From: Podarcis cretensis
Taxonomy: Eukaryota
Direction: 5' to 3'
NCBI GenBank assembly: GCA_951804945.1
Contig: OX638153.1
Coordinates: forward strand, 71,486,001 to 71,550,000
Length of the DNA stretch: 64,000 nucleotides
The translations under genes were made by a program, and so were the position numbers. Below the pieces are notes generated by a model, which saw nothing but the letters and a program-made list of their open reading frames with translations, was not told the origin of the DNA and made no database searches. The number at the start of each line of letters is the position of its first letter. Position 1 is the stretch's first letter. Of the stretch, positions 52,544 to 64,000 are shown in pieces.

Positions 52544-53328
52544 GGTCGGCAGAAGAGACGACGGGGCAAGAGCACCTCACTGCGCGTGCGCCAAGCGCGC
52601 CCCTGCAAGCAAAGCCCTTTCGCCGGGTCGGGCCTTCTTTAACGAGCGCTGTCTAAATCAGTGCCTGATCCGCTCCGCGGCGCTCCGATTCCTCCCAGCT
52701 CGCCCGGCTCATCCAAGCGCATACATGGGCTGTCATGAAGATAGTCGAGGGGCTAGATCATTATCGCGACACCTCCATCAGCAGATGGGAATTCGCCTGC
52801 TGTTTGGGTGACCTTTGATCAGGCAAGATGCAGACAACTAAATAACGTTTGCATCAGCGACACGCTCTGCCCATAGACCTATGTAGGGTTGGAAGTGAAT
52901 TGGCAGCCCCCCCCCACTTCGGCTTCCGGACTCATTTAGTTCCTCCGCCTGCAAGTGAGGCAACGTGTCTGTCTCTGCGTGCAAATGTATAGAGCGAACC
53001 GGATCTGCATTTAGCTGCGTGCTGGCTGCGGAGCAGAGAGCTGCGAGGGAGTTGTTAATTTAACTTTGCTGTGTTTTGCTTTTGGCTGAACTTTATGCAT
53101 TAACTGCCTTTGTACCCCAGTGTGTTTTCATCGTGGTTGTGGGATGGGTACAGATGACTGACAGCGTGCGGTCCTAGGCATGTCTGTTAGGAAGGAAGCC
53201 CCATCGAGTTCAGCGGGGCTTAACTCCCAGGCAAGTGGCCACAGGTGTGCAGCCTGAGCATATGGATACAGTTAGCAAACTGAATTCAAGTGAAACGTCT
53301 CTATATCCTGTTATATTTGTTCTGATTT

Positions 53329-53525
53329 CAGGCAGGTAGCCTTGTTGGTCTGACGCAGTCAAAATAAATTAAAAAATGGTCCAGTAGCACTTTAGAGATC
53401 AACTAAGTTCGTTCTGGGTATAAGCTTTCGTATCTGAAGAAGTGTGCATGCACACAAAAGCTTCTATCCAGAACAAACTTAGTTGGTCTCTAAGGTGCTA
53501 CTAGACAACTTTTTATTTTTTTGTT
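53329..53525. mobile_element. Penelope-like element remnant (inverted termini); related decayed copy at about 56760-56930
   Basis: TAGCACTTTAGAGATCAACTAAGTT..AACTTAGTTGGTCTCTAAGGTGCTA inverted arrangement; family by recognition. Confidence 0.6.
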
Positions 53526-53665
53526 CTAGTGTCTATGTCCTGCTGGAATTTGCAGCAGAATCCTGCACCTGAAATGTTCTCTTTCAACCAGCAACAGTTT
53601 TAAAAACTTTTATATGACAGCTGCTGTCAGCCACCTTCAGTCTCAGCCCCAGGGCCAAATCAATA

Positions 53666-53883
53666 CAGTGGTACCTCGGGTTACATACACTTCAGGTTAC
53701 AGACTCCACTATCCCAGAAATATTACTTCAGGTTAAGAACTTTGCTTCAGGATTAGAGCAGAAATTGTGCAGCAGCGGCAGCAGGAGGCCCCATTAGCTA
53801 AAGTGTTGCTTCAGGTTAAGAACAGTTTCAGGTTAAGAACAGACCTCCAGAACGAATTAAGTTCTTAACCCGAGGTACCACTG
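53666..53883. mobile_element. Tigger/mariner-type MITE
   Basis: Same TIRs as 6387-6628. Confidence 0.85.
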
Positions 53884-53889
53884 TACCTC

Positions 53890-54252
53890 GTGACGCAGGT
53901 GGCGCTGTGGGTTAAAGCCTCAGCGCCTAGGACTTGCCGATCGAAAGGTCGGCGGTTCGAATCCCTGCGGCGGGGTGCGCTCCCGCTGCTCGGTCCCAGC
54001 GCCTGCCAACCTAGCAGTTCGAAAGCACCTCCGGGTGCAAGTAGATAAATAGGGACCGCTTACCAGCGGGAAGGTAAACGGCGTTTCCGTGTGTGGCTCT
54101 GGCTCGCCAGAGCAGCGATGTCACGCTGGCCACGTGACCTGGAAGTGTCTCTGGACAGCGCTGGCCCCTGGCCTCTTAAGTGAGATGGGCGCACAACCCC
54201 AGAGTCTGTCAAGACTGGCCCGTACGGGCAGGGGTACCTTTACCTTTACCTT
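53890..54252 (+). mobile_element. Sauria SINE
   Basis: Near-identical to 6734-7095; TSD TACCACTGTAC. Confidence 0.9.
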
Positions 54253-54598
54253 TACCACTGTACAATTTGATGTTCAAAGTGAAGAACGAGAAGGTGCACT
54301 TGCGCACAGACGTATTTCTACATATAGAAACTGATTGAACTGGCATTTGATGCTTATGTCGGCATTGGTGACAGGGCAGCAGGCTCCTGAGGACAGCAAG
54401 ATAGCTTAGAAAGCACAGGGCCAGCCACTTGCCACCACTCTCTCACCCACCCCCAAATCACCAGCTACTCCTCTTAAAGGTAGGGCTAGCCCTGGCTCTT
54501 TAATAGAAAGTGGTTTTAAATGTTCTTCCAACCTGCCACATGAGGATATTAACAGCAGGTGACATTGCATTTACCTTGCATTATACGGTCGTCATGAC

Positions 54599-54961
54599 GG
54601 GACGCAGGTGGCGCTGTGGGTTAAAGCCTCAGCGCCTAGGACTTGCCGATCGAAAGGTCGGCGGTTCGAATCCCTGCGGCGGGGTGCGCTCCCGCTGCTC
54701 GGTCCCAGCGCCTGCCAACCTAGCAGTTCGAAAGCACCTCCAGGTGCAAGTAGATAAATGGGGACCGCTTACCAGCGGGAAGGTAAACGGCGTTTCCGTG
54801 TGCGGCTCTGGCTCGCCAGAGCAGCGATGTCACGCTGGCCACGTGACCCGGAAGTGTCTCCGGACAGCGCTGGCCCCTGGCCTCTTAAGTGAGATGGGCG
54901 CACAACCCCAGAGTCTGTCAAGACTGGCCCTTACGGGCAGGGGTACCTTTACCTTTACCTT
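54599..54961 (+). mobile_element. Sauria SINE
   Basis: Near-identical to 6734-7095; 15-bp TSD TTATACGGTCGTCAT. Confidence 0.9.
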
Positions 54962-55502
54962 TTATACGGTCGTCATATGCCACTCAGCTTCAGTTCCAGC
55001 CCAGCCTGCAATGTCAAGATAACAACCCTCATAAGCCAGTCTGCTTCTCTTACCATGCTTGCTGCTCCCCGCCCCCCCCCCAAAAAAATACCAGCATATC
55101 TCTCAGCCTCTCTTTCACATTACACCCATTTCACACCATGTATGGAGACAACAGCACTGAAGAGTTTATTTCTCCTCTCCTGCAGCAGGAAGCATTTGTC
55201 AGACAACTGCTGGGCACAGAAAATTCAAATCTTTAAAATGCATTAGAACAAGTTTGATGGACGAGTGCAAACTTTGGTCTTTGCTTCTACTATTTTGTGA
55301 GATGGATATGTTTGTAATGGTACCAATCAGTGTAGCATTAAAGTCATAAGACTGAAACATGTCTCAGCATTTTCTGTTCCTTATTCCATCCTTGATTGAT
55401 CTCCTAACAATGAGAGCCACAGTGTCAAATAACCAAGAAATCTCATCCATAGCCCAAATAACAAGTCTTAATTGTTATGTCTGTGCTGGTTTACCATGCT
55501 GC

Positions 55503-55537
<35 letters not shown>

Positions 55538-55759
55538 CTTTCTTTCTTTCCTATGTAAAACTTTTCTGTAGAAAAATTGGACTAACTCCCTCACTGGGGA
55601 TCTTCAAGCAGAGAGTGAACAGCCCTCTGTTGGGGACACTCTCGTTCTGATTTTTCCACATTGAGCAGGATGGTCCCCAATTCTCTAATTTGGGGGAACA
55701 GAATCACTGTAAGAAACAGAATTCCCAAAGCTATAACATGATAGTATTTTGATTTGTTT

Positions 55760-56125
55760 GTAAGGAACATGGGAATCTGCCATATACCAAGTCAGAACAT
55801 TGATCCAACCAGCTCAGTACTGTCAACACTGACAATAGCTCCCCAGGGTTCCAAAGATAACAATCCCAGCTCTACCTGAAGACACCAGAGATTGAACCTG
55901 GAACCTTCTGCACACAAAGCAGATGCTCTGCAGCTGAGTCTACAGCCCTATTGATTTCATGGAGTAAGTAATACTATTGCTCCATCTGGTTCAGTATTGC
56001 CTATGCTGACAGCACATTTCTACAATTTCAATCAGGGAACTTCAGCCTTTCGGGAAGTTGCTGGGGACTGAGCCTATGACCACATGCATGCAACGCAGGT
56101 GCTCTACCACTGAACTGTAGCCTGT
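55760..56125 (-). mobile_element. Two old tandem tRNA-derived SINE remnants
   Basis: Repeated GATTGAACCTGGAACCTTCTGC..GCAGATGCTCT-like heads on the minus strand. Confidence 0.5.
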
Positions 56126-57900
56126 TACTCCCCCCTGCCCCGCAGTACTGCTGCAATTCTAAACACATTTACTAGGGAATCTACTTGAACTCAGCAACAG
56201 TTTTCTGAGTAAGCCTGTTGAGGAGTGCCCTGAAAACATAAAGTAGGATTGCCATTTTTTGGCTTTAGATTTCACTGTTATCTGCCCCAGTCCTAAAGGA
56301 GCGATGGTGAAATTGCGGTCAGTCCCCCCCAATTCTGTTGCACCATAAGCTCACAATTTATGTGGGGGTTACACTCCAGGGGTCACGCCTAAAGCCATAA
56401 TCACAAAAAAGTAAAAACACATTGGGTTCAATGGCATGTGGAATTGCCAAGGTGTTTTTTTCCAATGGATGCCTGCCCCGTTTCTGCACCCCCTTTTAAA
56501 AAAAAACAAAACATTTTTTGCCAAGTGTGTTAAGCTGAATGCACACAAGTTAAATGCATGTAAGTTGGGGGTTACTGTATTTCAGTTCCCAACATGTAAG
56601 AGAAATGTAGTCCAGTTATATCTGGAAGACCATAGGTTCCCCAGCGACCTAGAGAGATCTGCGTTGGACTGCACATGTCAGATTACTGTAGGAACTGGAC
56701 ACATAATGAATATATTGAGTCTGGATATCATTACCACATTGCAGAAACTTCTGTAGAGGCAGAGGTGTTCGTCTGGTGCAGCAAACACAACCAGGTGACA
56801 TTGTAACTCAATTTATTATGTCATAATAAGCTTCTGTGGACTCCAGTCCACTCCATCAGTTACATCTGATGGACTCCAGTCCATGAACACGTCTGCTATA
56901 ATCAATTTCTTAAGTCTTTAAGGTGCCACAATATTTTGTTATTGATTTGCATTCTATTGCTTTCAATTTGATGCACATATAAATTTGCATTCCCACATAC
57001 ATTCTGGCACTTGATGCAAAAAGACATTTTTAGAGCATAACAAGACAAGAATTGGGTTTTTTAAAAAATGCACAAACTAGATTCCCCCCAGATTCCACGT
57101 CTACTAACCCCACATAAGGGAAGGTGCAGAGGAGAAGTCAGGAGTCAAAATGGGGAAGAAGCAAATGTAATTCCCTACCCTGGCTGTGGACAGTTTGTGG
57201 ATCAGTAGCAGAGGGGAAGTGTGTGAGCATGAGTCCTTGCGTAAGTGACAATGAGTGGAAGCAGGAAGAACCCAACGTAGGTCATCATGCAAAGCATTTA
57301 AGCAAGTAAGCTGAATCGTGCAGATGAAGATTGTTTAAGGTATACTGAGTTGCTACTGATAAAATTAGTCAAGGATCAAGATAAAGAAGTTTTTTGTTTC
57401 AATTTTGGAAGTGTAAATACATAGTTTCAATGCTACGTATGTATATTTCTTTTTAGAATGTTCACAAAGGAAAATGCAACTAACTTGCAAAACCTCATGT
57501 CTTCCCTAATCTCCTATTAACCCAAAGGGAGGGAAGTCAAGATAACTAAATCAGGAGAATGGGAATTCCATCAGTAGGCAAACTGAGCCAACTTGTAATA
57601 TCACCTGGAATCCGTTGCTATGCAGACACTATGGCTAGCCTTCATGAACTTATATATGGATTTATTCTCCTCAACTGTTTGTGTACAGGGGAATACCCAC
57701 TTACGTGAGGGTTCCGTTACTGGCTACCACCCACGTCAGTGGGATGAGTGTATGTGCCATCTAGTCTGCCTCCAAACAGCCCCCTTTGGGTGCCACAAAT
57801 GGCACATGTCAGCAGTCGAGCGCATTCTGATCATGCATGAGTGCAGAGGAGCCTGTATATGGGTGCCAACTTGAATAAAATATTGGGTGGAGGCCAAATA

Positions 57901-58462
57901 ATTGAAAGTGAAATACTTTATTGTCACTTGTACAACTTGTATACAGTGAGATTACACAAGCACACACCCCCTCAGCTCTCTTAGTCTTAATTCCCTTGTT
58001 TACTGACGCACACCCACTAAACCCGAAAGTCAGTTGCCCTGTTGTTATCTTTTCATTCAGCAGCCTAACAGCCCATGGATAGAAGCTGTTCTTTACCCTG
58101 TTGGTGCGACTAATCATGCCTCTATAACTTATGTCTGAGGGCAGGAGATCAAGAAATTGCCAGCCAGGATGTGACTCATCCCTGAGAATTTTCCTCACTC
58201 TCCCGAGGCAACGTTCTTCTGCTATTTCATCCAGCAGATTCACGGGACAGCCCATAATATCTTGTGCTGTATACACCACCCTCTGTAGGCAGTTCCTATC
58301 AGTTGATGACAAACCAGCGTACCACACCATGATGCAGTATGATGCACTTTCTTTTGTTGACCAGTAGAAGGAGATAATCAAATGTTGATTGACATCATTC
58401 TTTCACAATACTCTGAGGAGTTGGAGTCTCTGTTGGGCTTTCTTAACCACCTGGGTTGTTAT
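57901..58462 (-). mobile_element. Rex1/Babar-type LINE 3' fragment
   Basis: FY..ES..SYCIMVWYAG....DR..LQRVV.TAQ.I.G..LLPS...YR...RT.R.KNSFYP.AVRLLN, typical of the Rex1 C-terminus. Confidence 0.8.
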
Positions 58463-58466
58463 TTAT

Positions 58467-58498
<32 letters not shown>

Positions 58499-59303
58499 AG
58501 TATTTATTAAATAAGCTCCGCTCTGCATAATCAATCACATGATGGGGCACACCTGCACTATTTGAATAGCAATGCCCATCAACTTTGGGGTGGCCCAGCC
58601 TCTTCAACTATTTTATTGGGGGGGGGGACCTTGGCCCCAGGAGTTGGCTCCTATGATATGGTTTTATACAAGGTCAATCAATATATATTCTAAATTGAGG
58701 GTGAAATTTGCACCTGAACCTTGTCAAATTTAAAATTGTCCCCAAGACCCACGTCACTGGTCAGCATTAACACCAGGCCTCCTAAGCCCAGCTCAAATGA
58801 CCAGTCAGTGCTCAGAGGTCCAGGAGAACCGATCTGGTCACCCCACCACCTTTCTATTCTGTGGTCATCCTCAGGAATGACAAAGGGCAAATCCTCACCA
58901 TACTTTCAAAGCACAGTCAACAGACATTTAAAGCACTTGACTCCCCCCTCTTAAGACGCTTGGAAACTGTAATTCCCCCCATCGCAGGATTACAATTCCC
59001 AGGATTCTTTGGGTGGGGGAGAAGCCATGTTTAAATGTATGTTGTGAATATGCCCTTTCAAGGAGGGTTCCTTGCAACAGCCGGGGGGCTTCACACAAAC
59101 AAAACACTTTTCTCTTTTCTGCAGCTGTAATCGATGCCCCTGAAGCAAATTGCATTTGCAGACAAATTATTGGATCTGTGAGCTAAGCGACGGCTTATTG
59201 CATGGGGGAGCCAGAAAAGAGCGCAGGAGAGGGAGAGCTGCGCCCATTGTTGGGATGAAATGAAAAACACTTTTCAGTTACAAATGATAGCAATGGATAA
59301 ACA

Positions 59304-59358
<55 letters not shown>
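59304..59358. repeat. (CTT)n microsatellite upstream of MOGAT1
   Basis: Seen directly. Confidence 0.9.
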
Positions 59359-59359
<1 letters not shown>

Positions 59360-59529
59360 TTCTTATTTTAAGGCCTAAAAGGGATTACTGGGACGCTAAT
59401 TGCCTCGAAAGCAGCAGGGCTTTCCTTGCTTACAATAAAGACTTCAGGGAAGATACGTTTCGAATGAATCATGTGGCAGTGTGAAACAGATCGGAGATCT
59501 AAGAAAGCCCTGCCAACTTCGTTTGTCCA

Positions 59530-60140
59530 TGTTGTGCCGCGTATGCCCTCTCCCCTTCCCCGGCCACAGGCTCCCCCTCCCCACGAGCAACACCGCCTCC
59601 GAGGGGCTCCGTTGGGGCCGCCGCCACGTTCCGCGACCGGCCCAAGGAAGCAGCGCTCTCCTTGATCCCGGCCGGCAGCCAGGGCGGATCCTTGCAGCTT
59701 AGGCGCCGGGGAAGGCGCGGACCGAGGCGCAAAGCTCTCGTCGAGGTCTCCAACTCCCTTGGCTCCAGGGATCGTGCCGGCGGCAGGGCCCCGCCTCGGG
59801 ATCTCCAAACTTGGAAGGGGCGATGGGCTCTCTCCACTGGCCCGGCGCAGCCCGGCCCGCGAGGAGGACCCACCCCGGGGGAGGCGAGAAGCCGCCCTCA
59901 CCGTTGCCCTTTGGGCGCCTTCTGGCGTAAAGCCTCTTCGGCGGCGCGCCATGAAGGTCGAGTTCGCCCCGCTCAACATCCCCCTGGCGAGGAGGCTGCA
60001 GACGGCCGCCGTGTTTCAATGGGTCTTCTCGTTCCTGCTGCTAGGTAAGCGCGTCTGCGCCCCGTCTAGGTGCCCGATTGTCGCCTAGATCGCTTGGACG
60101 TAAACAGAAATTGCAGTAAACGAATGTGTTCGCGCCGCAG
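59530..60140 (+). promoter_or_regulatory. CpG island over the MOGAT1 promoter and exon 1
   Basis: High GC and CpG density around the ATG. Confidence 0.7.
59951..60044 (+). CDS. MOGAT1: Monoacylglycerol O-acyltransferase 1, exon 1 (rest of gene downstream of window)
   Basis: gcgcgccATGAAG..CTA G|gtaagc; MKVEFAPLNIPLARRLQTAAVFQWVFSFLLL matches the MOGAT1 N-terminus; lies next to FARSB as in other vertebrates. Confidence 0.92.
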
Positions 60141-60189
60141 GCTAGTGAAAAGTTTGCTTTTCTGAGAGTTAAGCCTGATTGGAGCTGGG

Positions 60190-60302
60190 AATTGTCGAGT
60201 TGGTAGAGATCACGAGGGTCATCCCCCTATAATGAAGGAATCTCATTGCCCAAGTGGGCCTCGAACCCACGACCTCATACTGTACCGACTGAGCTATCCC
60301 AG
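60190..60302 (-). mobile_element. tRNA-Lys-headed, CR1-tailed SINE remnant (related tails at about 49760-49872, 51750-51835, 25530-25590)
   Basis: GGGATAGCTCAGTCGGTAC..GGGTTCGAGGCCCACTTGGGCA head plus CR1-like 3' end. Confidence 0.55.
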
Positions 60303-61405
60303 CTGTCGAAGGGTATGCATATACGATCGGGCTACAATGGAATTCTGTGCAGGCAGATCAGTAAGTTTTACTTTGGAGTAAACATGCATAGGATGGGGCA
60401 GGGTTCGAGCTCATGCACGGTGCAAGTTGACTCGCAAGTAAGTCTCACTAAGCTGAGGTTCAGTTCCAAGCAGCTATGCTGTAAGCCTGCTGCCTTACTA
60501 AGGAGTAAGTCGCACTGAAACAAAGTGGGATTTAGGAAACCAGAGCAGAGTCTGGCTGTTGGCTTGCGGTTCTAAACGCTTTTGCTAGGAAATAAGCCCC
60601 TCCTCGCTTGATGTGGCTTACTCCACTCCAGAGTAAGGCAGCAAGCCAGTGCATACGTCTTTGTGACGAAATCCCCATTTAAAGCAGTGGGGCTTGCTTC
60701 AGTGTAAAAGTGCTTTAAGCTCAGACTGCACCATCTAGAAACAGGCAAGATGCGTTCAGTGTCCCACGTGGGGATTTGGAAAACTGCCTACTGGAACTTT
60801 ATACATTTGCGATGAGCTTTGCGCGCTCTCGCAGAAAGGTTGTGATGATGTGATGGCTCTAGCATTCTAAGAGAGCAATTCTATGCAGCAGAAGCTGGAG
60901 GAAAGCAGTGTTAAGTGCTACCCCACAAGTCATGTGACAGAGCTGAATAGGTTCAGGCTCCAATTTAAGTCCCTCCTCTCTGGTCCCACACCCAGAATGC
61001 CCCTTTTTGGAAGTTACATTTGGTCTCACTTCAACTGGCTGAGCTGGGATGAGAAAATTATGCAGGGCCATCTTTAGCATATATGGTGCCATGGTGCAAA
61101 TTTTCCACCCAGCGCCCCCCAAAGTTGTTGAGCTTTTTTTAAGGAGTAGTAGGGAGTCTCGCACTGCTAAAAACATACCACCGATCGCGCCATGGAAAGC
61201 AGCACGCAGATTGTGCCAGTTAAAATAATGTATCAGAACGCCACCACCAGGGAAAACAGCATCACCGGACAGAAGGGGTGGCGATGCACACTTTTGCCCC
61301 CTCCCAAAGAGAAATCAGGAGTGCGCCATCCTCAGTGGCGTACTAAGGTCAGGTGGTGCCATTTAGGTGATTGATGGGTTAAGCAAATAAATTTTGATTA
61401 CAGTA

Positions 61406-61631
61406 CAGTGGTACCTCAGGTTAAGTACTTAATTCGTTATGGAGGTCTGTACTTAACCTGAAACTGTACTTAACCCGAAGCACCACTTTAGCTAATGGGG
61501 CCTCCTGCTGTTGCCATGCTGCCGGAGCACAATTTCTGTTCTCATCCTGAAGCAAAGTTCTTAATCCGAGGTACTATTTCTGGGTTAGTGGAGTCTGTAA
61601 CCTGAAGTGTCTGTAACACCAGGTACCACTG
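61406..61631. mobile_element. Tigger/mariner-type MITE (opposite orientation to the 6387 copy)
   Basis: Same TIRs, TA TSD. Confidence 0.85.
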
Positions 61632-61775
61632 TATTTGTATACTGTATTACCAAAAGATCATGATCTAGGATTCCATGATCAGCAGAGATGTCTTTTGGAG
61701 ATATTTAAAGGACTATCTATACCCAGAAGTAAAAACTGCTAGAGTTTTTACTAGTGACACATTTCCAAATTATTA

Positions 61776-62330
61776 CCGGTAATTTTGGATCCCGGGGACC
61801 AATGGGCGGGTCGGGGCCGGTTGGCCACAAGTGGGCAGGCAGAGTAGCTTCATTTAGTCAAGCGGGTCGGTTGCGAGAAGAAGCCTCGCGCCCCTTTGGC
61901 TCCGCAGGTTCGGGTTGACGTGTCCATCATGCCTTGTACCAGATCTCAGTCTGAAAGCCAGAGCACCATCAAATTCCCAAAGCGGAAATCGATTAGGAGA
62001 CGTCACAAACCTCTAGAGAATGAGGAGGCTTTGAAACTAGACACAAGCCCACTGACAGTTTCACCCCAGAAGCCAGTCTTGCCTCTCAGCCCGTGTAAAC
62101 GTCTTGGAGATGACAATCTCTGCAATGTCACCCAGTTGCTGCCTTGCTCCCCAAGTAAGCAGGGTAAAAAAAAGAATAGCTTTCCATCCACTTCTCCCAA
62201 GGGCCGGGCTTTACTTTTCAGCGAGCGTTCAACCCCCAAATCTCCAACTAAGGGCAGCAGTTTGGTTCCGCCTCCCTTTCATGGTGGTCAAGAAACCCCT
62301 AACACTTCACAGCAGCATCGCCACCCAAGG
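61776..62330 (+). pseudogene. CDC6: Partial CDC6 retrocopy (5' leader plus about 134 N-terminal codons; ATG 61929, frame open to 62549) in MOGAT1 intron 1
   Basis: MPCTRSQ..TIKFPKRK..LPLSPCKRLGDDNLCN..PCSPSKQGKKKN..KGRALLF..KSPTK resembles vertebrate CDC6 N-terminus; contiguous; flanked by ATTATTA direct repeats (61769-61775, 62331-62337). Confidence 0.88.
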
Positions 62331-62785
62331 ATTATTAATTTCGGAGGGTCACTTTCTCATAGCAATAAACTATTTCCCTCCACCCACCCAGCAAAAAATC
62401 ACAGTTCTTTTCAGATGGTAACTTACACTGCTGCTGCCACCCGCTGCTTTAGTAAACAAGATGAAACCCTGCTGAGCACAACAGGACAACTGCCATGGTG
62501 CTCAGCCTCCCTTAAGTACGATACTTTCTGGAAATGGCCCTGGAGGTAGGAGCAGAGCCACTGAAGCACAGGGTTCCCAACCCCCACCTCCCTGAGATGC
62601 TCCAAAAGGATACCATGATACTGAAAACTGCCAGTCAGTCAAGAGGAGCAAGCAGGGTCACATTCCACCTATCTTTCTCCCAACAACTGTCATCAACCAT
62701 GGCTACTAAGGCAGGTTCAGTGGTATGGCCAGCCATGAAGCCAGACTAGAATATATCCAAGTTGCCTCCAAGCAAGCCTGAACCT

Positions 62786-63092
62786 ATCAAACCTATCCAT
62801 TCTTAAGGAAATCAGCCCTGAGTGCTCACTGGAAGGACAGATCCTGAAGCTGAGGCTCCAATACTTTGGCCCCCTCATGAGAAGAGAAGACTCTCTGGAA
62901 AAGACCCTGATGTTGGGAAAGATGGAGGGCACAAGAAGAAGGGGACGACAGAGGACGAGATGGTTGGACAGTGTTCTCGAAGCTACCAGCATGAGTTTGA
63001 CCAGGAGGCAGTGGAAGACAGAAGTGCCTGGCGTGCTCTGGTCCATGGGGTCACGAAGAGTCGGACACGACTAAACGACTAAACAACAACAA
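62786..63092 (+). mobile_element. RTE BovB LINE 3' fragment
   Basis: BovB 3' end, (CAA)n tail, TSD CAAGC(C/A)TGAACCT. Confidence 0.9.
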
Positions 63093-64000
63093 CAAGCATG
63101 AACCTGGACTGTTGCCACCCTTTCTAGTGCTTTGCCCCCAAAGGGGCTATTTGCCAGTGTAATAGTTGTCTAACTACTAAGCCCAGGGAGATCTTCTTAA
63201 GGCAGGGACACACCACTGTATTCAGAGCTACAATACCTCTCAGATAAAAAGGAACCTGTGAAATTCAGAGCTACCCAAAATCCTGTCTCGCGGGCAGATG
63301 CAAGAGTGCTGATTATCATTGTGCTGATGGTTATTCTTTTTCAAATGGAACTACTGCACCCCACCCTGGGATCCCTTGTGAAGAAGGGTAGGCTGAAAAT
63401 ATTTCAAGCAAATAGCTAAATGAGGAAAGCCCTGTTAAGTTTTACAGCCTAAAACCGGTTAACAATACAAAAGATTACAACTGTTTTTCTTATAATCTGC
63501 TTCTGAAGTCAGAGCAGTGAGTCATTTTGATGGGTTCTGTTGAAAAGGGGCTTTCGTTGTACTCCTTTTGCTGCCTGCTAGAAACATTTTTGTTTACCCG
63601 GATATTGAGAATGCTGGTGTGTTCTTAGTTTATTGCTGCTTCCAATTCTTTGGATGTTTTAATTGTTTTCACTAAAAATTTCATTTTATTCTTCTTTCTG
63701 TAAACTGCCTTGGTTTTTTTTCGGGGAGGCGGCAGTTACAATCACTTGGTGTATAAATTTCACAAAATAAATAAAAATAAATAATATTTTTAAAAACAAA
63801 CAAACTCGGAGATAGCCACATTTCACTTGCAAACATATCTTCACCCACATCCTAAGCAGCTCATCCAGGTGACTCTTGCCATATGATTGCCCCTTAAGTA
63901 ATTTATAACTGCCTGACTTTAAGACTCTTCTGTGACATACTAGAAACAGTACTGGATGTACTGGAATTATTTAGCTAGTATATGTGTGTGTGTAGGATGG

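Noticed and set aside
54510-55022. 170-aa ORF
   Set aside because: Reads through a Sauria SINE; the same peptide recurs at other SINE copies.
59368-60088. Several 100-200 aa ORFs over the MOGAT1 5' region
   Set aside because: A GC-rich island is poor in stop codons; only 59951-60044 has homology and a splice donor.
60044-61908. MOGAT1 exon 1 spliced to the CDC6 retrocopy through ccgcag|gt at 61907
   Set aside because: Exon 1 ends in phase 1 and this acceptor is phase 0 relative to the CDC6 frame, so there is no in-frame fusion.

Overview
This is eukaryotic genomic DNA from a squamate reptile, most likely a lacertid lizard (Sauria SINE, BovB, L2, CR1 and Penelope repeats). It carries the conserved vertebrate block SGPP2(+) / FARSB(-) / MOGAT1(+). 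Present are the last three coding exons of SGPP2, a complete 17-exon FARSB (1770 nt, 589 aa, all introns GT-AG and phase-consistent) and exon 1 of MOGAT1. The rest is intronic or intergenic DNA with many TEs and one 136-N gap. Most notable observations: (1) an open-frame, 5'-end CDC6 retrocopy in MOGAT1 intron 1 that keeps the CDK sites and RxL motif but lacks the D-box and KEN box; (2) a 2.4-kb ORF1-only (HAL1-like) L1 with a 17-bp TSD nested in a CR1; (3) an L1 insertion whose TSD duplicated the FARSB exon 9 splice donor, with the spare donor mutated GT>AT; (4) a perfect 42-bp inverted repeat probably made by a template switch; (5) two BovB copies sharing a frameshifting deletion; (6) a solo LTR and a 0.74-kb intronic duplication. 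Gene and TE family names come from recognising the sequence by eye; no searches were run.
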